The position numbers were made by a program, and so were the translations under genes. The notes beneath the pieces were generated by a model. The model was not told where the DNA came from. It worked only from the letters and a program-made list of their open reading frames with translations, and made no database searches. A stretch of 64,000 bases of DNA from Haliotis cracherodii (taxonomy: Eukaryota), in contig NW_027266264.1 of the NCBI RefSeq assembly GCF_022045235.1, forward strand, positions 80,538,001 to 80,602,000. The letters run 5' to 3'. Shown here one piece after another: positions 13,211 to 25,894 of this stretch. Position 1 is the first letter of the stretch. Each line of letters starts with the position of its first letter.

Positions 13211-13561
13211 ACACCAAACTCTGTCCACCACGAGAATTAGGAATATATCTAACGTTGATCTGTCTAACTGCCATTTTGCAATTAGACTTAAAGGGGAGGG
13301 CATTAATTACTTAAGATTGGTTTACCGTCTTCATTTTATGTGTTTATTTAGTAAAACACATAGTTTACTGACATATGATCATTTTCTGATAAAATAGTTG
13401 AAAGGTGAATCTCAGGTGAAACAGACTATAGCTTTTAATTCACCGTATCGTTTTTTAAATCCCCCTCTTGTCTGCCGGTAAAGTGGGAACAATCCGATGA
13501 CACATGTAGAAACGTGCCCAATTTTGGGTGCAGTCCCTCCCCATCAGGGAAGAGCGATACA

Positions 13562-13622
13562 CTTCATTTAAATGAAGAATTTGCATAAGGCGTGTTTACC
13601 CGTGGGTTGGTAGTATATTAAA
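13562..13622 (+). promoter_or_regulatory. Putative gene B proximal promoter (conserved in gene C at about 23752-23812)
   Basis: Perfect 16-bp palindrome CTTCATTTAAATGAAG, ATTTGCAT octamer (ATTTACAT in C), TGTTTAC forkhead-like site and TATATTAAA about 85 bp before the ATG. Confidence 0.5.
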
Positions 13623-13700
13623 TCGATGGGTCGATGTTTCGTTCACTCGAAATTCAACTCTTCCCCTTCCCTTCTCTCCAGTAATACACGCTCAGCAACC

Positions 13701-13773
13701 ATGGTGTCGGCGGTTCTTGGCTTGCTGTTGGGATGCCTGGCAATGTCCAGTGCACAAGTGCAAGATGAAGATT
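13701..13773 (+). CDS. Gene B exon 1: signal peptide of a secreted 2xCBM14 protein (152 aa)
   Basis: Kozak-like accATGg; MVSAVLGLLLGCLAMSSAQVQDED; donor GTAAGT at 13774, phase 1; near-identical copy at 23891. Confidence 0.85.
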
Positions 13774-13782
13774 GTAAGTAGA

Positions 13783-13783
<1 letters not shown>

Positions 13784-13852
<69 letters not shown>
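13784..13852. repeat. (GT)n microsatellite at the start of gene B intron 1
   Basis: Perfect GT run beginning 10 bp after the donor. Confidence 0.95.
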
Positions 13853-13853
<1 letters not shown>

Positions 13854-15227
13854 GACTGACTCCGTGCCGATCAATCCTTGTTTTATGCCTTTACTGCCGA
13901 GCCTTAGGCAGGGTAACAATAAGTACCATTTTTGTGTATGCCCGACCGGCCACTCAGCATTGTAGCATTAGCGGTTGTTGTGATGGAAGATTTGTCGGAG
14001 AAGACCTATCACGGCAACATTCACTACTCAGAGCGCTGGGTATACCAAGTGGGGTGCCTGTGAGTCAGTGTCCTTCTGTTCAGCACGAAGAGCACTATCA
14101 CCTGTTACCACACAGTTTGTAAGAAAATACGTGGGTATATTTGGACAATAAAGGCAGTCGCAGCGCTAACACCACGAGCTGGAACAAGGCCCACAATACA
14201 ACCGCAGCGAGAGATAAGCGAGGGCACAGTCGCTTAAGTGTATACTCCTTGTGTCGAACCCGTTTGTGTCGAACCCGCTTGTGTCGTGCACCGTGGGACT
14301 TCCGGGTAAGAATAGGTCCATATCAACCTATGCTTTTCGGACAAGGCGACTAAATGAGTTGGGTGGTCAGTCTCTGTGCATGGGTTGATAGTGAGTTGAC
14401 GGCGCGGATCGTTGTTTGATCAAAGGTTTAACATTCAAGGCCTCAGCAAATCCTTCAAAAGGTTCTGGTAGGACATTATCACATTTGACGCATCAGTGAC
14501 AAAAAAAGATGTCACAAACATTCCCTCTTTTGACTTGTACCATATGTTCCCGGTTCCAGGTGAACAATTAACTTGCCTTTGCATGTGTTTGTGACGGGTG
14601 CCATCGGTGGGGCAGGATACCCTCACCTTTTCATGAACACCTGGCATCATGACTATTTGGTAGTGATTCATAATCATTTGCTCATGATATAGTCGGAATC
14701 GTACAATCGACTCTGGTAGATTTGTTATGAATATGGAAAGGGATTTGTTGCTTTTATTATCATGATATCAATCACTGGTTGCCTGGCCTAGTTTCGATTA
14801 TTTACAGGCCCCGCCATATTGTCAGAATATTGCTGAGTTTGGCATATGGGTCCTGACTGTAATTGGTACGTGTCGCAATGAAGGAAACGCTTTCATTGTA
14901 CATGGGTTGGCATTGTCGGACTAAATATACGCGAATGTCTTGAGAATTCCCATTGCAACAGAAGGCGTCAACAGAACAGCAGGGACCGTGTTGTTTGAAC
15001 CAGACTCGACCTCGATAGTCCCACATGTTGACACCTCCTTCATGTAGCCTACCTGCCATGATCTCGCCATTGACGTATGGAATGATACCGAAAATGGAGG
15101 TTGTCATGATTGACAGTGTAGGACCCATTTCGATGTCTGTACATTTATACCGACCTGACTGTGGTGGCACCGACGTTTCAGACTTTATGTGTGTACTAGA
15201 TTATATAACTGCTTCACTGTCTTTCAG

Positions 15228-15431
15228 ACGCGGTCCTATGTCAGAATAACTTCAACGATGAGTGGAAGTACGCGGCCCCAGGCTCGGGATGCAAGAGGTT
15301 CATCAGTTGCTATGGTCAGGATTACCACGGATTGCTTCAGTGTCCCGAGACGACTCTCTTCAATGAAAACACCCAGGAGTGTGAATACCCATTAGATTTC
15401 AACTGTCAGGTAGCCCTCAACGAAAACCCAG
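15228..15431 (+). CDS. Gene B exon 2: CBM14-like domain 1
   Basis: Acceptor ctttcAG, donor GTAACG. YAVLCQNNFNDEWKYAAPGSGCKRFISCYGQDYHGLLQCPETTLFNENTQECEYPLDFNCQVALNENP, Cys spacing 16-5-10-12-7. Confidence 0.88.
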
Positions 15432-15947
15432 GTAACGAAACATACATGATGCATATGATATTAATTATTTCGTAGCAATAGTGAAATAGCGTTGTCATCT
15501 CAGACGAGAACGTTAATATAATCTGATTGATTGTTTTGTGTATTCAACTAAGCATTGCCTAGCTTATCATTTATCATGGTTATAATTTACAGTTCAGATT
15601 GACAATGTACTTCCGTTTTGTGAACAGAAGGAATTCTGAGACGTGACTTTCTTTATTCCCCGAATGCACAAGATGCTTCAAGGGACCGTGACTGTCTTTT
15701 CAAATGGCTGGTTATGTGCAACGTTGGCGGGTTAAATAATCTTTTAAGTCATATAGTCTATATCAGTTATTTCAGTTACTAGTATTTATAAACTTAGTTG
15801 AACCCAGTTTCCGATAATAACCGTTGAATGTTTGAAGATGATCAACAGCGGATACGGGGTACGTTCCCGAAGCAAGAGAGTCAACTGACTTTGAAAGTTC
15901 AATTTTCTTCTTGCCGAACTAGGCTGGAATTATGGAGTTATATCTTG

Positions 15948-16113
15948 AGTAAGTGAGTGAGTATGGTTTTACGCCGCTTTTAGCAATATCCCAGCAATAT
16001 CACGGCGGGGGGCACCAGAAATGGGCTTCACACATTGTACCCATGTCGGGAATCGAACCCGGGTCTTCGGCGTGACAAGCAAACGCTTTAACCACTAGGC
16101 TACCCGACCGCCC
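15948..16113 (-). mobile_element. SINE family S2 (tRNA-Asp-like head), gene B intron 2
   Basis: Minus-strand head TAGCCTAGTGGTTAAAGCG..GTCACGCCGAAGACCCGGGTTCGATTCCC; TSD GAGTTATATCTTG (15935-15947/16114-16126). Confidence 0.85.
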
Positions 16114-17003
16114 GAGTTATATCTTGGCTGGCCAAACGAGTCTATTCACAGTCCAATCAAAATCGCGTTAGGAATTTGACATCCGGTTCGTTAACTGCCG
16201 GGCAGATTTCGGTCGATTGCAGAGTTTGTAATGCATGTGTGCCGTCTACTCGGCGTCAACAGATATTTCGCAAATCCAAAATCCAAAACGATTGAGCCCA
16301 GAAATTCCAGCATAGTTTGGCAAGGGTGGAAACTGGGCTTTTACAGTCAGCTGACTCTTTCCTCGGGAAGATGGTCACTGGTTTGCCATGAATCCGAAAC
16401 CGGACCGGAAATACTGTGGCTTTTCCACGGTCCATAACAATACACTAAACAGCTCATCCAACCCTCACTCACTCAGTAGCTCATCAACCCCTCACTCACC
16501 CTAAAGGATAAATGTCAACAGGAAGGGACAATCGTGAATCGAGAAAGGAATCAATATCTTGCTATTTTCTTTTTGATATTATACATCAAGAAATACCTAT
16601 TGAGCATATAGTATATATTGTTAGGATGACAGTCTAGTGGGGATGTTGACAGGATTTCCTTCAGGCGGTTTGTTACTACGTGACTTAAGCAAAATTTCAC
16701 AAATACGGAATAAACTTAAGATTTTCGAATGTTATGCCTCCCGTTAAGCCTGATAACTAATGTCAGTAGCCTTTAACTTATCAATAATAATATCAAAATA
16801 TGACATTTTTTAAATTTTTTCTTTCTCTATTTAATGAAATCACATAAGTAAGTTTGACATATTTCTATTAATATCGACTACTGTGAGGAAACGTCTGATT
16901 GATATTGCTTCAGGGACATAGGCGTATGATTCGAAGATGGTTACGGTTCTAAGGTGATTTCTGTTGAACGCTGTATTGTACTTACGTATGTGTTTGCTTC
17001 CAG

Positions 17004-17185
17004 ATTGTCTGACCGGCGTGGATTCCTACAATTGCTCAGTTTTCACGTACTGCCATCTTAACACCCAGTACAACTTCAGCTGCAACCAAGACCTCTACTA
17101 CTCTCAGAGCAAACTCACCTGTGTGTACGCTGAGGATCTGACAGAGGATGACAGACTCAAATGCAACCTCCGCAACGGACGATAG
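17004..17185 (+). CDS. Gene B exon 3: CBM14-like domain 2 and stop
   Basis: Acceptor tttgcttccAG. CLTGVDSYNCSVFTYCHLNTQYNFSCNQDLYYSQSKLTCVYAEDLTEDDRLKCNLRNGR*; AATAAA at 17220-17225. Confidence 0.87.
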
Positions 17186-17519
17186 GATTCAGCATAAGCA
17201 ATGTATTATCTGAACTTCAAATAAAGCCATTCAGACAATTATAACTTTGTGATGCATATATTTTCAAACGACGAGCGAGACAATAATAGTTCATATGCTG
17301 TCAAGTGAGTGGGGGTCAGCATGGCGTGTTGATGCAGCATCTGCCTGCTGCATCACGGCGGCCTAAATAACGACATAAGTTCTGAGAAGGTCGTTAAATG
17401 TATGGTCCCAGCCACCTCGGAGGAATGACACACCTAATAAGTGAGACCTCTGGCGGGGAACGACTTCAAAATTCAAAAACACTTCCTTTTTATGCAAATT
17501 GTGTGAGTGCTAGCAGCTA

Positions 17520-17688
17520 NNNNNNNNNNNNNNNNNNNNNNNNNNNNNNNNNNNNNNNNNNNNNNNNNNNNNNNNNNNNNNNNNNNNNNNNNNNNNNNNN
17601 NNNNNNNNNNNNNNNNNNNNNNNNNNNNNNNNNNNNNNNNNNNNNNNNNNNNNNNNNNNNNNNNNNNNNNNNNNNNNNNNNNNNNNNN
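17520..17688. other. Assembly gap (others at 24020-24185, 27500-27665, 50978-51285, 56859-57012)
   Basis: Runs of N. Confidence 0.99.
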
Positions 17689-17769
17689 CCCGTCCTCGTG
17701 TTATGCCCTCTCCATCCTATCTCCACAGAATATCCTTTGTCGGGCCTACGGTACCGTTACTATCTATAT

Positions 17770-19170
17770 TCTTCCCTCCTCGTTATGAATGCTGTTGATA
17801 ACGGTTGTCGGGTATAAGACCATGTACGTTCCTCGTTATGAATGCTATTGATGAAGGTTGTTGGGTATAAGACCATGTACGTTCATCGTTATGAATGCTG
17901 TTGATGAAGGTTGTCGGGTATAAGACCATGTACGTTCCTCGTTATGAATGCTATTGATGAAGGTTGTTGGGTATAAGACCATGTACGTTCATCGTTATGA
18001 ATGCTGTTGATGAAGGTTGTTGGGTATAAGACCATGTACGTTCCTCGTTATGAATGTTGTTGATAAGGGTTGTCGGGTATAAGACCATTTATCATAGACC
18101 ATGGGTAGGTTTCTCGGCAGGATAAAGCCAACGGATAAAAACGATATCCGTTGGGGTCATTTGCGGATAGAGATGCAAATATCAAAGGTCAAGTAGGGAC
18201 TACTTTCCTGTTTATAAACAAACATGGCGTCGCCCTCGTCATTCGGCAATCGAGTTAGAATTAACCATCGGGAATCTGGATAAACTACAGGGATAATTGT
18301 TATCATTATCAAAAGAACAGTCTAATATACTGAAAATCAGTGTCTAACTGTGACGTAGCTAAGGCATTTTATAAGTTTAGGCAACTTTGGAGATATAAAT
18401 TTCGAAACAATTTTGCGAGGGCACGAGGCCTAGCCAAGCGGGATCAGTAGCCATGACTGGTAGACCTCTGCGGCTTGAAACCTTCTCCACAAATTGAAAT
18501 AGTTGGATTTGGCCGAAATATGTTTGAATTGTTACCTTGTTTCGTTTTGTCGCTCTGTGTACATCTGACTACACTTCTTAACGTTATGACAAGACAGACC
18601 GACTGTCAACAACGTCTGACCGTGGCCGTGACGTCTCATAGACTAGGGTTAGAGTAGCTTCCCTTTGACAAAGGGCAGTTACTCTAGTGGACAGAGAGAT
18701 GGATTGCCGCGAAAGGCAATTAAAAACAATTGTTGTTTTGCGTATATGTTGCTTCGTGTACGTTCCTCGTTATGAATGCTGTTGATGAAGGTTGTCGGGT
18801 ATAAGATCATGTACGTTCCTCGTTATGAATGTTGTTGATGAAGGTTGTTGGGTATAAGACCATGTACGTTCCTCGCTATGAATGTTGGTGATGAAGGTTG
18901 TCGGGTATAAGACCATGTACGTTCCTCGTTGTGAATGCTGTTGATGAAGGTTGTCGGGTATAAGACCATGTACGTTCCTCGTTATGAATGTTGTTGATAA
19001 GGGTTGTCGGGTATAAGACCATGTATGTTCCTCGTTATGAATGCTATTGATGAAGGTTGTTGGGTATAAGACCATGTACGTTCCTCGTTGTGAATGCTGT
19101 TGATACAGATTGTCGAGCATGACACCGAGACCATGGTCGTTTCTCGTTATCATTGCTGTTGACAAGGGTT
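17770..19170. repeat. 53-bp minisatellite split by an unrelated segment of about 660 bp (about 18092-18756)
   Basis: GTTCCTCGTTATGAATGCTGTTGATGAAGGTTGTCGGGTATAAGACCATGTAC on both sides. Confidence 0.85.
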
Positions 19171-19379
19171 AACTAATACACCATCCTACCCCTATATAAT
19201 CTTGTAATCCTATTTTTTTTGTCACTCCACACCTATTTAGTGCGTCACCATACTGCTAACTAATACATCACCCTACTTCTATTTAATGCAACCCCGTAAT
19301 CCCGTGATGCCAATTTGGCAATCCATGTCATTATCTTTCTTAACAGGCGAATCCGATAATAGCTCTTCACATCTCTTGT

Positions 19380-19930
19380 TAACTCCACACGAAAAAATAT
19401 CCACACATAAATACTAAGTTCCGTACTGCAGACACCCAGATGCTCTTGCCTGTGTCATGAAGTTGCTGTAATATGTCATACTAGTGAGTCAGGTATCTAT
19501 GTTCATCCATCCTGAAGAACTTCAACCAATGTTTGAGACCTCGTATCTGACTAGAAATATACTAGAGTATAAGGGTCAGTTTCACAAGCCATGGCCTTAT
19601 TTGAAACGCATTTATCAACTCCTAAATGTCGCTTAAAGTACAAAGTGAGAACTTGCTTCAGTGGATTCCTAATACTTGGGTCACCAAATTTCGGATCCAA
19701 ATAATAAGATATGTGCGCTTTACAGTCACATCGTGGCCGTAGTACAAGATTTATATTTGTTTGTTGAATAATTTGTAAATTGGCCAAATTGTTTTAGATG
19801 GTTGTAAAGCTAGTTCACATTAATCTTGAAGAGACACTCCTTAATACTTATAACATGTAACAACCTTTAAGGTAGTATTAGTTTATGTCCATATCCTTTG
19901 TCTAATAATAATGCCCCCGTTCTAAATATT
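19380..19930 (-). mobile_element. Decayed LINE fragment, duplicate of about 9990-10530
   Basis: Near-identical to the segment upstream of gene B; part of the B/C duplication. Confidence 0.65.
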
Positions 19931-20089
19931 TCAACACTTGTGCCACCGGTGGGGCAGGATATGCTCACCTTTTTGTGAAAACTTGGTATCATCGCTATAT
20001 GATAGTGATTCATTAACACATGTTTATGATATAATCAAAATGGTACAAAGGACACTGCTTTTAGTAGAGGCCAAGCTGTATAACCACAG

Positions 20090-22660
20090 GTGTATTGTTG
20101 ACAATAACAACCTTCGTCAGTTTATTGAAATATGGACCACAATATCGGGAGCAGCCTCCTACCAATTGGGATGACAACTTGAAATTCATGATGGATGTTG
20201 TCGAAGCATATACCCCAAAATACAGAAGAGGAACACGTTGTCTGTCTTTCGGGGTGGATTAATTCAGTGCATGATGTTGTAATTGGTGGAATGCACAAAC
20301 TTAACAAGCCAGCTGTTATTCAAAGTATGGCTGTCCTATATGGAAACGTTGTAGTTGTTCCCACTGACAAAGCATTAAATAACATAACCATTACATGTAA
20401 GCTTCACTACATTAATTGTTTGATCAAAAACTTGGCATAAGCGACATATCAAATTGAGTCCATTATAAGGACAGTATGTTAACTGAGGAAGAAATTTACC
20501 AAAACCTTATATCAGTACTATCAACGTTTGACTTGACTATAAAACCTGAAGACATGTCCATTCCTCATTTAAACTGGATTGAAAGCTTCCTAAAAATTCG
20601 TACAAGGAGAGAAAAAATGGTGGGTCAAAAAAAGGTATTTGAAACAAGTGATATTATATACCATGTGGATTCTCCCAGGACATGCTTGAATCACAGAAAA
20701 GAACAAAGTTAAATTTTGTCAAAACATTTGACTTTCAACTTCATGCACCCATACCCACCGTGACACACGTAGGAAGGGAAAACTTCATTCCTTGACCAAT
20801 GGCGCATTTGTTACCAAACGTGGTGACCAGTCCGCCCTGGTCAAGATGCAACCCTAGTTATAATGCCATGTTTTTCTCAGAACGTAATTCCACAGTGCAA
20901 AATTCCCTGGTCATAAAGCCTTCCTGGTTATAAAGCCATGTTTTTCTCAGAACGGAATTCCACAGTGCAAAATTCCCTGTTCATAAAGCCATCATGGTTT
21001 TAATGCCATGTTTTTCTCAGAACGGATTTCCACAGTGCAAAATTCCCTGGTTATAAAGCCATCATGGTTTTAATGCCATGTTTTTCTCAGAACGGAATTC
21101 CACAGTGCAAAATTCCCTGGTTATAAAGCCATCCTGGTTATAATGCCATGTTTTTCTCAGAGCGGAATTCCACAGTGCAAAATTCCCTGGTTATAAAGCC
21201 ATCATGGTTATAATGCCATGTTTTTCTCAGAGCGGATTTCCACAGTGCAAAATTCCCTGGTTATAAAGCCATCATGGTTATGATGCCAATGCCAATGTTA
21301 GTCAGATCAAACGTTCCAGTTCACTGGTAATAATGCCATTTGTTTAAATTGTTACAAAAAATGCCAATGGAGTTAATCTTGTTGAGATTACCCCCTCTTC
21401 TAAATCATCCAACTAATTGCATTGATCATGTGTTTTCACAGCTATTCCTCACACACAGGCTAATCCTTGAGCATGTTAAGATTCATTTCCCGCCACCTAC
21501 AATCGCTCTTGATGCTATTATCCAATACCTTAAACTCCAGCTTAATCGTCCCATAGACTACACCCAGTGAAGATGATGTGATGACACCGCCACTACCGGC
21601 AACGTCTACGTGCAAACACTACACCATGGAGGTGATGGGGAGTCTTGAGGCAGAAGCAAGGGCTTTGGAACAGTGCTCATACTTGATTGACACACTGACA
21701 CAATTATCATGTCAAAGACTTACATTGTTTGTGTGCCCACGTTTGACTCCACGGTCGGCGATGTAAAAGGTGTAGTCCTGTTTGAAACAATAGCTTGGTT
21801 TGAATGGATGTGTCTTGGTTCTTACTAAATCTTCTGGTCTGGTTTTCACCTCCCTGGTTATAGAGCCACCCTGGTTATAGAGCCCCCCTGGTTAAAGTGC
21901 CATATTTTCCGGGAACGAAAGGTGGCATTATGACCAGAGAGGACTGTAGTTACATGTCGATCTTCGGAGGTTCAGGACAATCTGTCAATAATGAAAGCAA
22001 ATGCCATGTGAAGTATGCTGAGAAAACAATATCTGGAAAGCTGGACTTCCTCATTGATAATATCAACGTAAAATCTGGGGGTAAGACATTCAGACAAGAA
22101 GGAGCCATCCCCATGGTTCACCAATTGTGTTCACTTCCTTTCTGATAGGTTTCTTTATGCATATGGATCGGAATTTCTGCTCGGATTGGCGAAGTCAAAA
22201 CAGGTAATTCGGCCAAGAAGTTTAACATAAGGTTCAGGTACGTTCGGATATCGTTCGGATATCGTTCAAAACCCACCAAAAACCACCAAATAGCCAATTC
22301 CCTTCTACTGATTTACCCACCCCTCCTAGAAACAAAGGGGACCAGTGAGACCGCCTCGTATTTCATGTTTAGATCTATGCCTACAGATTCAGATTGACAT
22401 AAAACTCTCCACAAAACCGAATGACAAGAGGGATGACTTCAACTTCCCAACAGTCAACTTCCTCTTCATGTCGAGCGATATTCCTGCAGCGCCAGCCTTC
22501 GGTGTCTACATTCACAACTTTTGAGGTACAATCGAGCATGCTCTCTCTACCAAGGATTGAAAGAGCGTCACATCCGCAACTTAAGGACTCAGCAAAGACT
22601 TCAAAGCTTGTTTTGGTAGACCATAGGAAGTGGAGGTCATTTCCAAATTTAACATGATGT
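20090..22660 (+). mobile_element. Decayed Penelope-like element RT, interrupted by a MITE
   Basis: Motif remnants VVVPTDKALNNI, KTFDF, FLIDNI..FRQ..IPM(GTNC) and KRDDFNFPTVNFLFMSSDIPAAPAFGVYI; frameshifted. Confidence 0.7.
20828..21946. mobile_element. Tc1/pogo-like MITE containing a 70-bp minisatellite
   Basis: CAGTCCGCCCTGGTCAAGATGCAACC versus GGTGGCATTATGACCAGAGAGGACTG|TA; about six 70-bp units at 20858-21290. Confidence 0.6.
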
Positions 22661-23890
22661 CCGATGCAATTCCCTATTTTTGCTTATTCAATATGTTCCC
22701 GTGACTTTTTTCAGGTGAACAAGTAGCTTTTGCATGTATTTGTGACGGGTGCCACGGGTGGGATACCTCTTCGCGAACACCTGGTATCATCATTATTTTT
22801 TAATAGTAATTCATAAACAAATGCTTATGATTTAGTCGGAATCGTAAATGGACTCAAATTGTAGCAGAGAGATTACTTATTAATATGGAGAGGGTTTTAT
22901 CGCATATGCCTATGTAAAATGTTTTGTATTGCTTTTGTTTTATCACGATTTTTTTGTGTATCATCCTAACTGAGAGTCTAGCGTAGTGCGACATGTATAC
23001 GGGTGTCATATACACAGATCTCAATACGCATTTATTAAAAACAACACTATTTGACAAGCTCATTACGGGAGAGTCAGAGGGTATACCAGCACATCACGTG
23101 ACATGATCATTACGGGAGAGTCAGAGGGTAAACCAGTCATGTCTCGCCCTGTGGCCTGTCCCGTAAAGACACGTCAGTATTGTTGGCATATATGCTCTTA
23201 ACATCAGACAGACAGACATCCGTAGATTTGCAAACACCCTCTCACGACAAACATAGCATTTAAAGGAAATGCCTCTTCATTTCCACCATTGATACAGTTA
23301 ATTACAATAACCATCCCGATTTGTTTTTATCTGGCTGTGCAAACTGTGAGCAGTAATGACTTTAAACCACACGGTAGACGAAACTGTCTTCATGAAGAAG
23401 GGAAGCGGACTTACTACACATGGAATAATTAGACCACCCTTTATCATGTTTTCGTCATGGGATGCGAACGTAACGGAGGCGTTACACAAGAATCTGAGAA
23501 ATAGCAACGAATAAACTTCAGTGCACAGTTGAATCGGGTTTGTGTACAAGATGCAATTCTCAGCGACGTGCTAAACGTGCTACGCAAGGGTATGTGTTTC
23601 CGCCAAATAGGGAACTGAGTTGGTGTCTTACGTGATTCTGGTACTAATTAAACTAATTGTACAAGTCCAGGGCTTAAGGAAGCGAACTGACACACGTGTA
23701 AGGATGCAGTAAGATGGGTGTAGCCCCGCCTCGTCCGAGAATAGCGACACACTTCATTTAAATGAAGAATTTACATAAGGCGTGTTTACTAGTGGGTCAG
23801 TAGTATATTAAATCGATCGGTCGATTATCGTCCATTCTAAGTACAGCAACTCTTCCTTCCCTTCTCTCCAGTAATACACGCTCAGCAACC

Positions 23891-23963
23891 ATGGTGTCAG
23901 CGGTTCTTGGCTTGCTGTTGGGATGCCTGGCAATGTCCAGTGCACAAGTGCCAGAAGAAGATT
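23891..23963 (+). CDS. Gene C exon 1: signal peptide (paralog of B; 148 aa protein)
   Basis: MVSAVLGLLLGCLAMSSAQVPEED; donor GTAAGT at 23964. Confidence 0.85.
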
Positions 23964-24238
23964 GTAAGTAGAATTGAACTGAACTTGTCAGGAGGTAAAG
24001 TGGGTTGTACTTCGCTTCANNNNNNNNNNNNNNNNNNNNNNNNNNNNNNNNNNNNNNNNNNNNNNNNNNNNNNNNNNNNNNNNNNNNNNNNNNNNNNNNN
24101 NNNNNNNNNNNNNNNNNNNNNNNNNNNNNNNNNNNNNNNNNNNNNNNNNNNNNNNNNNNNNNNNNNNNNNNNNNNNNNNNNNNNNGGTGGAACTGTCCCG
24201 TCAATATTCACTTATGGCACTTAGTATACACAGTGCCA

Positions 24239-24497
24239 GGGGGCACGGGTGGCCCAGTCGTCTAAGGCGCCGCGATTCGCTGTGCAGAGTTGCGTCCCTT
24301 GGGCACGCCAGAAACCTATGAATGTGGGTTCGATAGTTTCTAGGTTTGTCAGCACCATACCCTTGGTGGGTTTCACCGAAGTGGTAAACGTCTGAGACCT
24401 GCATCACTTCGGGCTTTCCTCCCCGATAAGCTGACACGCCATGATATAACTGGAATACTGTTAGAAGCGGCGTTAAACCCAACTCACTCACTCACTC
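24239..24497 (+). mobile_element. SINE S1 in gene C intron 1
   Basis: Homologous to 1097-1377 with a short internal deletion. Confidence 0.8.
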
Positions 24498-25021
24498 AGT
24501 GGGTTCCACGTTTGATCTACCTGTGAATCAGTGTGCTTCTTGTCAACCAGCAAAACTCTATCATCTGTTACCCTACAGTAGTGTAAGAAAATACGTGAGT
24601 ATATTTTGACAATAACGCCACGCGGTGGAACAAGACACATAATTCAACGGCAGAGAACACACCTTGTGTTCCTCCCTTATGTGAGAGCACAGTCGTAGGG
24701 CTTCACATCCTTCACGCCGTGGGGATTCCGGGTAAGAATAGGTCCACAGCCACCTATGTTCTTCCTACAAGGCGACTAAATGAATACGGTGACTTGGTGC
24801 CATGGTTAACGGCACGGATCGTTGTTCATAATATCAATCACTGGTTTGCCTGGCCCGGATTCCATTATTTACAGTCCACCTTCATATGGTTGGAATACGC
24901 TAACATCGCAAGGAAGCAAAGGTATTACATGGTTTGACATTACCCGACTAATGTACGAGAATGTCTTGAGGATTCCCATTACAACAGAAGGTATCAGAAC
25001 AGCAGGGATCGTGTTGTTTGA

Positions 25022-25379
25022 GATGAGGTGAAGTGAAATGGGGTTTAACGTCGCGTCCAAGATTGTTGCACATATATAGCGACGAGCATGTACGTGTGTG
25101 TGTTTGTGTGGCTTCTTGTACTAGTCCGGACTGATGCCGACTTATAGTACCAGCTCACCAGCTACCATGCCACAGTTTAACATGAATACCCCACTCAGAC
25201 ACTGTATACTGACTCCGAGCCGACCAGTCCCGACCAGTTAGCCCCTTAATACCGGGCGCCAGACAGGGTAACAACAAGTACCATCTTTTAACGGCTTTTG
25301 GTATGACGCGGTCTGAGATCGAACCCCGGACCTTCCGCTCTCCGAGCGGACGTTCTACCACTAGACCACGGGGGCGGTC
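25022..25379 (-). mobile_element. SINE family S4 (tRNA head with Meta/MESC-like core), gene C intron 1
   Basis: A and B boxes; core GTCATACCAAAAGCCGTTAAAAGATGGTACTTGTTGTTACCCTGTCTGGCGC resembles the MetaSINE/MESC core (from memory); TSD TCGTGTTGTTTGA (25009-25021/25380-25392); empty site in B near 14987. Confidence 0.85.
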
Positions 25380-25612
25380 TCGTGTTGTTTGAACCAGACT
25401 CGACCTCGATAGTCCCACATGTTGACATCTCCTTCATGAAGCTTACTTACCATCATCTCGCCATTGACGTATGAAATAATACCGAAAATGCAGGTTTTCA
25501 TTATTGACAGTGTAGGACCCATTTCGATGTCTGTACATTTATACCGACCTGACTGTGGTGGCACCGAAGTTTCCGACTCTATGTGTGTACTAATATGACT
25601 TTTTCACTGTCT

Positions 25613-25878
25613 GGCCCAGTCGTCTAAGGCGCCGCGATTCGCTGTGCAGAGTTGCGTCCCTTAGGCACGCCAGAAACCTATGATTGTGGGTTCGAATCCC
25701 GGTTCGCCCCGATTATGTTTCTAGGTTTGTCAGCACCATACCCGTGCTCGTGGGTTTCACCGAAGTGGTAAACGTCTGAGACCTGCATCACTTCGGGCTT
25801 TCCTCCCACATTAAGCTGACACGCCGTGATATGACTGGAAAACTGTTAAAAGCGGCGTTGAACTTAACTCACTCACTG
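25613..25878 (+). mobile_element. SINE S1 inserted in the polypyrimidine tract of gene C exon 2
   Basis: TSD TTTCACTGTCT (25602-25612/25879-25889); absent at the equivalent site in gene B. Confidence 0.85.
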
Positions 25879-25894
25879 TTTCACTGTCTTTTAG

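Noticed and set aside
13717-13965. Cys-rich ORF MACCWDAWQC...CVCVCV
   Set aside because: Alternative frame of the gene B signal exon running into a (GT)n microsatellite.
15948-16113. tRNA genes at SINE heads (S1, S2, S4)
   Set aside because: tRNA-like A/B boxes are fused to shared bodies, tandem tails and TSDs; these are SINEs rather than tRNA genes.
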